A stretch of DNA of 64,000 bases from positions 10,842-74,841 of the forward strand of contig JAUCBJ010008831.1 of assembly GCA_032718475.1 (NCBI GenBank). Direction: 5' to 3'. The position numbers and the translations under genes are program-made. Positions 23,565 through 34,224 of this stretch are shown in pieces. The notes beneath the pieces were generated by a model. It was not told the origin of the DNA, did not search any database, and saw only the letters and a program-made list of their open reading frames with translations. The first letter of the stretch is position 1, and each line of letters opens with the position of its first letter. This stretch comes from Nemertoderma westbladi. Lineage: Eukaryota > Animalia > Xenacoelomorpha.

Positions 23565-25340
23565 ATGTCTGACACAACCCAATCACTGTCGGATAGTCTC
23601 TTAGAAAGTGTTAGAATGACTGTTAGACAGTGTCTTAAAAAGATCAGTGACCCAGATCCAAGTATAGAACATCCTAGATCCAAGTCTAAGTCACCTACTA
23701 TTGTCAAAAAGGCCATCCCTACAGTAGTAGTGTCAGACCCTAGGCTAGTAGAACAACGTAGGTCTATCATCGGTACTCGGGCCCAAGTCAAGCGGGATCA
23801 AGAAGCAGCTGTCAAACAGCAGCAACATCCTAGCCTAGAACCTAGTTCTCAGCGGCCCGATAGCTCCAGTAGTTCGGATACTGCTGAGCGGACGCCCGAA
23901 CGCGGAGCGAAGATGGTGGATACGGTTTATGATGAACGGCCAACCTATGAAGAATCAACCGACGCCACTTCTTCTCAAGTGGAAAGCGAAGTGGAAAGCG
24001 AATTAACAGCAGAGAAGCCGCGAACTAGAGACGCCATTGACATCTATCTGTCAGACTATCAGCGATTCCTAGGAGACGAAGAGTTGAGGAGACGACTGTC
24101 TGGACTTCGCCCCAATAGTGAAGGAACCAAGCTTGTGTTGGACGCAATCGATGCGGAAATGTTAGCTGCTAACCAAGCAGAATTTGATGAAAAACTCCGC
24201 CTCGCTAGAGTCCAAGAAGAACAAGTAAAGAAAAGACGGATAGAGGAACAAAAGGCGGCGGCTATGGCAGAAGCAGAAGTAGAAAGAAAGGCAGCGGCGG
24301 CAGAAGCAGAAGCAGAAAGAAAGGCAGCGGCGGCAGAAGCAGAAGCAGAAAGAAAAGCAGCAAAGGCAGCGGCGGCAGAAGCAGAAGCAGAAAGAAAGGC
24401 AGCGGCGGCAGAAGCAGAAGCAGAAAGAAAAGCAGCAAAGGCAGTGGCAGAAGCAGAATGGAGAGCCTCTGAGCAGACTACCCAACTGGAGTTGGAAAAT
24501 CTGCAAGAGACGCAAGACAACATAAATAAACAGTTAACTGCTAGTCAAATGCAGATGATGAGACGATCTACTCCCAAACGCCAGGGATACACATCATCGG
24601 AGGAAAGCGAAACCACCGATCCTGAAGGCGGAGGAAATAGATCTCGTCTAAGCAGGCGTAGAAAAACATCTCACCGTCACAAATTGCCTGATTTGCCCCC
24701 AGCTGTTAGAAGACAGCTAGCTAGCACAGACTTAGGTAGTACGGAACCCGCATATCAAACTATTCAGGTCAAAAGACTCCCTACAATAGTTGATGAGCCT
24801 GAAATAATTAGGCCTGTCGTTCCCAAAGTCACTTCTGTACTTCCAGAGCTTAACTCTAAGTTCCCTTTACACAGTACTACACTGCCTGTACCCGGTAGAA
24901 CAGTCCATGAGAATATTCCTGTCCTGGAAGCTGAGAGAGAAATCAAAGATTTGTCTCCCGTCGTCCCACGTCAGCCCGCTACAATGTTGGCGACTCCCGC
25001 TTCGGCGGTCGAGTGGGTAGAGGAGGGACGGCGGGGGATGAATCTCCTGCTCGGACAGATGCAGGAGACTGTCTACCAACTTAAGGGAACAGTAAGGGAA
25101 GGTAGGGCCGAATTGCAAGAAGTGCAGCAAAGTATCGCGCTAGAACGCGACAAATTAGTCAATATCCAAAAGGGGATACCAATACCCCCTGTAAAATTGT
25201 GTCAACCTGTTAGGTCTGAAGTATTACATGCGCAAGGTGTGGAGCCTACACGCATCTATACTGCTAGTGAAGTAGAAACTCCTATAGCAAACCCTATTAA
25301 GGGTGATTATAGACCTGTTATTAACGATATCCCCTATTGA
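23565..25340 (+). CDS. Gag N-terminal extension, 591 aa, low-complexity/coiled-coil with AAAAEAEAERK repeats
   Basis: Long open frame, in frame with 25395-27734 and separated from it by a single TGA. Confidence 0.75.
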   Translation: MSDTTQSLSDSLLESVRMTVRQCLKKISDPDPSIEHPRSKSKSPTIVKKAIPTVVVSDPRLVEQRRSIIGTRAQVKRDQEAAVKQQQHPSLEPSSQRPDSSSSSDTAERTPERGAKMVDTVYDERPTYEESTDATSSQVESEVESELTAEKPRTRDAIDIYLSDYQRFLGDEELRRRLSGLRPNSEGTKLVLDAIDAEMLAANQAEFDEKLRLARVQEEQVKKRRIEEQKAAAMAEAEVERKAAAAEAEAERKAAAAEAEAERKAAKAAAAEAEAERKAAAAEAEAERKAAKAVAEAEWRASEQTTQLELENLQETQDNINKQLTASQMQMMRRSTPKRQGYTSSEESETTDPEGGGNRSRLSRRRKTSHRHKLPDLPPAVRRQLASTDLGSTEPAYQTIQVKRLPTIVDEPEIIRPVVPKVTSVLPELNSKFPLHSTTLPVPGRTVHENIPVLEAEREIKDLSPVVPRQPATMLATPASAVEWVEEGRRGMNLLLGQMQETVYQLKGTVREGRAELQEVQQSIALERDKLVNIQKGIPIPPVKLCQPVRSEVLHAQGVEPTRIYTASEVETPIANPIKGDYRPVINDIPY

Positions 25341-25394
25341 CCTGACAATGACCCGAGAAATTTATATACTGATAATTCGATATTAAATAACACG

Positions 25395-27734
25395 ATGGCC
25401 CAAGAAAGCTTTACGCATCAGATGGCTAGAACAGAAGCCCGCCAAGCGGTCAAAGTGGGAGAGATCGTCAAATTCAATGGAGATGAGATGAAATGGTTAC
25501 CTTTCAACGAATATTACAAAGATAGCATACAAAACTCTGTACTATCTAACGGAGAGAAACTTAGGTTCCTCATCAAGTGCTTGGAAGGACCTCCCAGGTT
25601 AATGGCGTTAAAGTTCATTGGACATCCAGAAGGATTAAGACAGGTATGGGATACATTAAACATCAGGTATGGTGACAAGGATAACATAGCTAAGTATTTG
25701 TATGCAAAATTAGTAGCCCCCCGACACTTCCTTAGTAGCGGGATTATAGAGTTTTCCGATGAGATTCAAGAGATCTGTAGACAATTGGACTGGTTAGGTA
25801 AGTCGCATGAATATCAGAGTTCCATGGTTATTGGAGCCGTAGTCTCTACTTTACCAAAGGGTGGAGTATGTACACGCTGGGACAAGAAAGTGTTGTACAT
25901 GAATGAACAACAACGACGAAGTCCTACCATGGCTGATCTCATGTCCTTCTTAGATAGTGAAGTAAAATTACAACTCATAAAGCAGTCCAGAGAGAAAACA
26001 TCGGAAAATAAGGTAAGTGAGAATCCCGTTTCTAGGAGAAGGATAATACCAGTGTGTTATACTGACGACGGCGAAAGCCAAGCTTCTCAAGAAGAGGACA
26101 GTGGGAAAGACACAGCAAAATCTTACTATGACAACAAGACCTATAAAGACGTAAGTAAATACAAGTCTCGAACCAGTGACAGGAGAGAACAGGTAACAAC
26201 AACTCCTCCTACGTCTCCTAAGAGAATTCACGGAAGAAAGCCCGAAGAAAGAACGAGAGTGCATAACGTTACCCAAGGTAAGGTGAGTAACATCAAACCA
26301 AAATGTGCGCTGTGCGACGGGCCCCACCGTTTGAGTGCGTGTGCTGAATTTCTAAAGAAATCCCCTGTAGACAGACGTACAGTCCTGTGGAGTAAGCGGT
26401 TATGCTATAATTGCCTCAGATCAGGACACCAACGGCGAACCTGTTACTCCGACGTAAAGTGTGCAAAGTGTGGCGCGAAACATCACATCTTGTTACACAG
26501 TGAGTTCGAACGAGACAACCCGAGTCAGGTAAGTGAGCCCGAACTACATGTCCAATTCAGTGATGTAAATGACACTGATCAAGAGTCTGAGATGGAAGGA
26601 TTCTATACTGACGAATTCTCCGACGCCAACGAATCCTGTTACCTAATAAATACCTCAGTGTATCGAGCACTTACTTATGAAAAGGACACCGACAATGAGT
26701 TCCCCCCAACTACTTTTGCCAGACAACCATCTTGGAAAGCTCCAACTTCCAACGTAGGAATCAGAGAATTTCCTGTAGTGCAGGTAAGAGTTCTTGGTCC
26801 TAACAAAAGTTACATAGTGAACGCCCTCCTTGACTCCGGCAGCACAGGAACATTCATCGATCAAGAACTAGCCGAAGATATTTTTGCTGGACAACCCAAA
26901 TTCCGGACTAAATTGAATATGTCAGGAATTATGCAGGTTTGGAAATCTACCCTAACGGCAGACTACTATGTAGGTGTGTTGTCCACCCCCCAGGATAAAT
27001 TAGGAGCACAAGGTATAAGGTCGGTAAAAATGGTGGCTATAAAGAACTTCGCTGCTACCCAAGCAGATCTTTATAATTGGGACGAGGATGAGAGCATCCA
27101 ACATCTTAAGATACCTCGATTCCAGACAGATTATCCTGGAGTGCAAATACTCATCGGCCAAAACGCGCATGAGGCGCTCGAGACATTGGAGAAATGGCCT
27201 GCTCAACCGCAGCCACTACAAACCTATGCGGTAAGAACTAGAGTAGGTTGGTACTTCACTGGCCCTTCCCGTAGAACTCTCAAAGAGAGATTACCTCAAC
27301 AACAGGTATACCAAGTAAAGGAATGGGAAGTGGAGAGCAGTGATGTGGACGATCCAACTGAGGGAACACCATACTCCTCAGATAATGACGATATTAACTC
27401 CAATGTAGATCAATGGAGACATTGCCTTGGGATGATTAATCCAGCCGACATCGCTTCTAGAGGAGCAACTCCTCAAGAACTGATAGATACTCCAGGCTGG
27501 TTAGGTGGATCCGACTCCTTAAGTAAAGAAGAAGAAGAATGGCCTCCTCATCTTACCCCGGCGGAGATTAGACAGGCCAAGGGAGCGGAGAAAATAATAC
27601 AACTCAATCGCCCAGCTGGTCGTTTATGTTTACTGGAAAGAGACCGAAAACTGTCCGGAAACTATGGAAGGCAAGATACTCTTCCTACGACCACTTCCCT
27701 AATCCGACAAATATCTAGGGACTCCATCACGTAA
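25395..27734 (+). CDS. gag: Bel/Pao gag (DUF1759-like + triple zinc knuckle) + aspartic protease + RNase H C-terminal remnant
   Basis: Gag motif KFNGDEMKWLPF...EKLRFLIKCLEGP; knuckles CALCDGPH..C, CYNCLRSGH...C and CAKCGAKHHILLH; protease ALLDSGSTGTFI; then QWRHCLGMINPADIASRG..W..G..L..EEEWP. No YxDD RT or integrase motifs are seen. Confidence 0.9.
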   Translation: MAQESFTHQMARTEARQAVKVGEIVKFNGDEMKWLPFNEYYKDSIQNSVLSNGEKLRFLIKCLEGPPRLMALKFIGHPEGLRQVWDTLNIRYGDKDNIAKYLYAKLVAPRHFLSSGIIEFSDEIQEICRQLDWLGKSHEYQSSMVIGAVVSTLPKGGVCTRWDKKVLYMNEQQRRSPTMADLMSFLDSEVKLQLIKQSREKTSENKVSENPVSRRRIIPVCYTDDGESQASQEEDSGKDTAKSYYDNKTYKDVSKYKSRTSDRREQVTTTPPTSPKRIHGRKPEERTRVHNVTQGKVSNIKPKCALCDGPHRLSACAEFLKKSPVDRRTVLWSKRLCYNCLRSGHQRRTCYSDVKCAKCGAKHHILLHSEFERDNPSQVSEPELHVQFSDVNDTDQESEMEGFYTDEFSDANESCYLINTSVYRALTYEKDTDNEFPPTTFARQPSWKAPTSNVGIREFPVVQVRVLGPNKSYIVNALLDSGSTGTFIDQELAEDIFAGQPKFRTKLNMSGIMQVWKSTLTADYYVGVLSTPQDKLGAQGIRSVKMVAIKNFAATQADLYNWDEDESIQHLKIPRFQTDYPGVQILIGQNAHEALETLEKWPAQPQPLQTYAVRTRVGWYFTGPSRRTLKERLPQQQVYQVKEWEVESSDVDDPTEGTPYSSDNDDINSNVDQWRHCLGMINPADIASRGATPQELIDTPGWLGGSDSLSKEEEEWPPHLTPAEIRQAKGAEKIIQLNRPAGRLCLLERDRKLSGNYGRQDTLPTTTSLIRQISRDSIT

Positions 27735-29359
27735 TAACATATGGAGTGGGCGTGTGACTATATCATTTTATATTTGTTTTTATTTTATATTTATGTATGT
27801 ATTATTGTGTAATTTTATTATAATCGTTTCCTTTAATTTTATTTAGTAGAATGTTATTTTAGTGATTATTTAGTAGATTAGTGCAATATATTAGTGTTTA
27901 TTACGTACGTAATTACTTATAATATATTTAGTGTGACGGCGAGAAATAATTATTTTTTCTCTTTCCTTACTGTCCGTATCATATTATAAACACGTGACTA
28001 CAGTAAGATGAAATGTCCGTACTTCTTAAAGTACAATAAAGCCACTACTATATTCAAGTATTATTGGTAGGCAGAGTATTAGGAATGCAAAGTTCAGATC
28101 CTCGTGTCTCGGCTAAGCCAAGCTCTGGGTAGACCTTGGAAACGACTTGCCTCTTCACACTGACATTGCTTCGTGCGATATTGCTCTCATACCATATATA
28201 ATAATACATATAGTAGCGTGATGTCCCTCTAACAGTAGCGTGAAACGCAAATAAATCTGTTAAAACTTTTGACCATCTGTAATTCTAGTCGATTAAGATA
28301 TCGCGGCACCCACCGATATACTTGAAAGACAAATTCTAGAATCAGTGGTTAACGTCCCCAGACAAGTTCTGGAATAAATCGGTGCCCATCTTAAATATTA
28401 ATTTAATATTTATTAAAATCTGTAAAATTCAGATCCTTTAAATTTCTAGTCAATTAAGATATCGCAGCACTTACCGATACTCTTAAAAGACAATTTTCAT
28501 AGAATTAAGGATCCTATGTCCCCAGACCTGCTCTGGAATCAAATTGTGTCAATTTTAACATCAAATAATAAAATTCACGGGAATAAATTTAAATTCATAT
28601 TTTAAATGTATTTCATAAATTGTCATTTTGTACAATTTATAACATTCCCAAAATTCCATTAATTAATAGATCATGGGAGCGGAGATTCATCCTATTGAGT
28701 GTATTAGAGTGTGAGAATCTCCAACATATAGTCAATAGCCGATAAAATTAATAAAATCATGCATAAAGAGGATATTGACAATTAAAGAATTATTATTAAA
28801 TAGCATCCCAGATCTGTATGCATGAGAATTACCCTAATTCTACCGCTAGCATTCCATAATGTCACCATAGCAACACCCACGCTAGAATTAGAAGCAAGTT
28901 AAAAGAACAATAGAAAGCTTGTCCCATTGCATAGCATAGAGAATACATAGCACACTGTTAGTATCCAAGGATACACAGTAATAACGTGACATTCTGGAAG
29001 GCACTGACTAACGGACAAATGGCCTGTATGTGTACAATTGGTGACAGTTGTGTGGAATTTGTGCGTTTGTAGGTGAATGTTACTGCTAAGGTGTGTTTAC
29101 AGTAGCTAGTCGCAATTGTGAAAGTAGCCCAACTCTCCTATAGAAAGAACCTAAAGTGGATTCAAGCCTTTGGGACGGACAGTGGAGTGACTTGTGCCGG
29201 TTATCGTTGTCGTGCTGTTGCTACATGTTGGCGTAAACACCGCGACGACGGTATATCGGCGCTGAGAATCCCACTGTCCGGGGCGAAGAGAGGTAGGCAG
29301 CGACGCCCGCTCGCCTAAACATAAACTCATTACAATATTAATAAACTCAGATAACAGAT

Positions 29360-30808
29360 ATGACGGAGTTGATAGAAGATGATCTTGGTGTCAGGGAGCG
29401 ATATACTCTACCTTTACAAGCATTTGTGGATAGCTTGATACGCGGTGAAGCCGATCCAACCATTACGGAGGACAATGGTCGTTATATCGAACCGCCGATG
29501 TCCCAAGAGCAACTTACGCGTGAATTGGACTATCGAAAATTCACCGCTCGCTATACGCATCGTAATGGTACGTATATGGACTTCCTAACTACCGGCCATC
29601 CTATCGATTTACATGATACGGACGATGTAGACACCGAAAGGGAAATGGTTCTATTTAAATATCATACCCAGCGGAGTCGTAACGATAAACCGAGAATAGA
29701 TCACGAAAATTCTATTCGTAACAGACCGGGAAGACGAACCAATATGCCTAGAATCTGAGGAGATTCAGCCTATCGCGCCCGGAACAGCGACAACGATTAC
29801 ATCATAGAATGGTATCAAGGTCCACAGTGTCTCACTGCGTACGATTATCGACATGCCAACTATGTTTCTAGGCAACGTTGTCGGTTATGCGCATCGAGAG
29901 ACCATGATACGCCCATGGACACAAACGTCCGCTGTTCCTATTTCCAAGAACAACCGACGATGGAAATTTATTGCGCATATTGCAGACTCAATAACTTGCA
30001 CATTTTTGCGGTCTGCCCTCAATTTATGACTCAATGTCACCATTGTCAACTAAAGGGACACGCCAGTTTCGATTGCCCTTTTAATCACGATTTGGAAAGC
30101 GTAGATGAAATGATCACACTACGTTACATCAGAGCTTGGGAAGCGAACGCTGATTTACATTGTGATTCGCGCCATCGTTATTATCCTGGACGCGCTTACG
30201 AAAGAATTTATGCGTTCCATCCTTATCTATTCGCTTCTGTCGAACAGAAATCACGCATATCGAGTTACGAACTACTGAAGCGCGTCGGAGAATGTATTTC
30301 AACCAAGTTCGTACGCAAATTTCTCAGGAGTGTTAATCCTAGCGACCTTCATTCCTATAACTTAATCAATTATATCCGTCAGGATCCGGACTATGGAGAC
30401 TTATTTGTTAACTCACACCCCGAGTTACAGGAAGTGTATCGACGACCTTACGAATACCGAGCCCGCGAACGCGAGTTGGAAAGAACCATTAAACCCAGGA
30501 GGTTTCTGACTGCCTATGGTCCACCCACGGCTCTCGTTCAGACCACTCGTAAAGGACCCGTCAGAGCGGCTGTCCTAAAACGCGCTCTCAAGGCCGTTAA
30601 ACCCCTCTCCCCCGACGTTGATGTCAATCAACCCGGCACTTCGACTGGCGGATACACCGACCATAATCCTACACCCTCTGATGCAATCATATTGCACCCT
30701 TCACCCAGGAATTATAGCCCTCCTTGTAAATTGGCTCGCCCCAAAGAGAAAAAGACTCTGGCCAGCTTTAAAAAACTGCGTAAACGCCGTCCGCGCAAGA
30801 AAGACTAA
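29360..30808 (+). CDS. Additional 3' ORF with CCHC-like zinc knuckles (one internal TGA at 29756-29758)
   Basis: ORFs 29360-29758 and 29915-30808 are in one frame with an open spacer. Motifs: CRLCASRDH, CAYCRLNNLHIFAVC and CHHCQLKGHASFDC, plus a basic C-terminus. Confidence 0.7.
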
Positions 30809-30886
30809 CTGTTTAGAGTATTTACGTATATTAGAAACTGTGATTTTTGTATATTAATAGACTCAAATCCCATTTTCTGGGAGCGG

Positions 30887-32100
30887 TGTAAAAGCTTCTG
30901 TGGGATATAACTGGCCCTTTTGCTTTGCAATCCAGTTCCCCCCCCAGGCGCTGGAATACTCTAAAAAGCTCTCTAACTCGAATGATGCAAAGCGACCGGC
31001 TGATTGGCTGATTTGTTATACGAGGGGCTCTTTACTATGTTCTATCGGCCAACCAGAGCTATAGCAGCAGAGTATGCAACCAGGGCAACCGAGCGGAGTG
31101 ACTCATTTTGTGTGTTGGCCAAGGGCTGCAAAAATCCTGATAGTTCGGCATTTAGATATTCGTGGAACCTGTGGAATCTGGTGTTCTGCCAATGAGAGCT
31201 ATTCCTCTCTGTGTAAAAAGATACCTGCAACGGTGTTAGAGTCAGAGAGAGTGTTTTTTGTTACTGTTGTGTTGTTTCTCTCTAGGCCAGGAACACCGGC
31301 TCTAGAGTCAATTCGTTTCAGACTTTAGAAGAAACATTAGTAGGCTTAAGATTATAGAGCGTATAACTGTTATCGGTCCATATCAGTACATTGTCATATC
31401 ATATCTTAACCTACCGTCTTAATGGTTTGCTGTTGTTTGGTTGAATATTATTTGGAGAACATTTATAAAGAACCCAAATTTCCCAATTTTCTTGATACAC
31501 TACAGGTTAGAGAGAAGGGTTATATATAGCGATTGCGACTTATATTATTGTGGTTTGTAGTGAATTTAATGCTATTTGATAAGCACTACATTGGTCCGTT
31601 GCTGTTCTCTTTATATATGATAAAATTCATTGACGGTCGGCAAATTAGTGAGCAGTATTGTATGTTACCGGTAGTGTGCATGATTGTGACTGATAACTAA
31701 GCATTTCCTAAAGAATGCGCCTCATACGTGAATCATAAGCCTTACCGACTTACCGTTGTGATTAGTATAAGTCATATCTCTGTTTACCTAGATTGAGCGC
31801 CACGTCCTAAAGGAACTGTTAATATTTCCCGAAAGTAAATAATATTAGTCAGAAATTAATTATTAACGATCAATCGAATAATACAGTACAGTAAGCTTAC
31901 ACTGCAATAATAATCTAAGCCCTCAGAATCCAGTCTCCCGGGAATATCCAGCGGGTGAATGGACGCGCACTAGGCTGGCTTCTGCTAATGTTGTGTTTAT
32001 TGGTATTAAATATTTGTCATCTTCTAAAGTCTATTTATAAACCAAAAGACATATAAATTTTGGCAGGTTAAATCGCTAAAGGTCTTCAAAAGCGCGTACA
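30887..32100 (+). repeat. 3' LTR (1214 bp)
   Basis: Direct repeat of 20084-21298, preceded by a PPT-like tract and followed by the TSD. Confidence 0.97.
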
Positions 32101-32882
32101 ATTAGTTTTTATATTACCAATGAGATCACTATGACATAATGTCTATATTTATCTTTATAATGGCTATGGTATACGGCTCCCTACTGGCAACTATCAACTA
32201 CGTTCATCGGCGGGGGCCCCTCCTCTGCCCTCATTATTCATTAGGTAGATACAACACACATTGAATCTACACGTAAACCCCCAAGGCAAATATAAATGAG
32301 CGGTCCCGTCTGTTAGCAGCCCCTTTGATGACTCACTAATAATCCCAACGCGACCTTGACTACACCAAATCCGTATATCACTCAAGGCTAATGTTCCAGC
32401 GGCCCTCCTTTGTTCTCACTATAGCCGGCATCACTTGGGTCCTTTACTATATCCAGGCAGCCCGTATCATAACAATGAAGCGCCTCTAAACACGCATTCC
32501 TCTCTACTAATCCCATTCCTTTGCACCAGACCTGCTTCTGTTATACAGTCAACTCAACTTAATTAGTCAAGATGCCTACAGGAGTTTTCTAATATAGAAT
32601 CATCATCATGAGAAGTTGCCCTGGTTACCGCTTATGCGCAAACATCCAATCAGCGGGGTTCATTTCTGCTGCTGCGCCCTGATTGGCTCATTTAAGAGAT
32701 AACGGCCCCTTAATAACCGAATTGCTATTTAATACATCCCCACCAAGTTATTACGTCATTATTTCATTTGCAAGTTACGATTAACATCATTTTTCATTAT
32801 TTTGTTTTCGAGTTTAATATTATTTATTAAGAATATTTATTTGTTATCATCAGTCAACAATCCACTTGTATAGTTGTATTAT

Positions 32883-33690
32883 TGTCATTTCGCCGCGTTA
32901 TCGCTCATCGTCGACAACAAACTTTCCGCGTATCCAACTTACAACCGCGTAATATTTTCCAACCTAATTTCCGATACCATTCCGTTCTATCGGTAAATAA
33001 ACTCTCTCGTCATCAACGTCAACCAACTTCTTTGTTGCCAACGAACTTCCAAACTTCATCTTTCCGTGAATATTTACTAACACCGTAAGTAAAATCTGCC
33101 TTCCACCATCTAGCTATACTATCGATGCCGGTAGCAAACAATTTACATTTAATGTCTACCGGTACAACAGTATTGCAGTAGGCTCATTATTAATTACTGT
33201 CAGACTGCGGTGGTACCGATAGCCTAAACCGTGATCGAAGCATTCGATCAATAGGTCTACATCTGTTTATCTGCTTACAGTATTTTTTTCTTTTTACAAA
33301 TAATCAACTTATTTTTCTAGTGTCATTTCGCCGCGTTAACGTTCATCGTCGACACCGAACTTTCCGCGTATCCATCATACAACTGCGTAATATTTTTCCG
33401 ATACCATTCCATTCTTTCGGTAAATAAACTCTCTCGTTGTCCACGTCAACCAACTTCTTCATCGCCAACGAACGTCCAAACTTCATCTTTCCGTGAATAT
33501 TTACTAACACCGTAAGTAAAATCTGCCTTCCACCATCTAGCTATACTTTCGATGCCGATAGCAAACAATTTACATTTAATGTCTACTGGTACAACAGTAT
33601 TGCAGTAGGCTCATTATTAATTACTGTCAGACTGCGGTGGTACCGATAGCCTAAACCGTGATTGAGGCATTCAATCAATAGGCCTACAAC
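32883..33690 (+). repeat. ~435-bp tandem duplication with exon/intron-like structure upstream of pPolB
   Basis: TGTCATTTCGCCGCGTT at 32883 and 33321. Each copy has a CC|GTAAGT donor (33085, 33512), and there are matching TATTTTTCTAG acceptors (33320, 34217). Confidence 0.8.
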
Positions 33691-34224
33691 TATCTATCTG
33701 GTTGTCTACCTGACTATCGGTACCGCATCATTTGAGTTAGCCTAGTGCCATTGTAGTAGTGATATAGATCCTACTGAACAACAATGAATACTGCAGTTTT
33801 CACTATATATCCTACTGACTAACTGAGATCTCACACAGCAATTAGCTAGGCCTATCGTTGATTTGTATTGGTTAATGCTACCGATACGTCGGACTTCTGG
33901 CGGACTATATCACTAGCACTACTGCACTGACTGACTGATGTTTATAGACCCTCTTTCCACGAATAATAACTGCCATCGCTATTGTGCCTTGGTTATCGCC
34001 ACTATCTAACTGCTGGTACACTAACACTACCACACTAGACACTGCCGACTGTCTGCTTTATGTTTCACTGACTGATTGCTATAATACAGCAATAGGCCTA
34101 ACTGTACAAACACAGTATTGTTGCCTAGTAACCGATTAATACCTACTGTTTTACTTTATTTTTAGCAAGTATACAGTATTTTTTATCTATTTACAAATAA
34201 TCAACGTATTTTTCTAGATTCAGG

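Larger units (their letters stand above)
20084..32100 (+). mobile_element. Non-autonomous Bel/Pao LTR retrotransposon, 12.0 kb
   Basis: TG..CA LTRs, TSD ATTAG (20079-20083, 32101-32105), purine-rich tract GGGAGCGG before the 3' LTR, and Bel/Pao gag/protease motifs. Confidence 0.95.

Noticed and set aside
24059-24523. Ala/Ser-rich and Cys/Phe-rich minus-strand ORFs
   Set aside because: They are antisense shadows of the AEAEAERK coding repeat; the same applies to the + strand ORFs over 60615-63435.
25338-29758. UGA codon reassignment in the host
   Set aside because: Only two cases support it, Trp is encoded by TGG throughout these ORFs, and nonsense mutation or local read-through is simpler.
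29360-30808. env gene
   Set aside because: No evident signal peptide, transmembrane segment or fusion-protein pattern; the motifs are zinc-knuckle-like.
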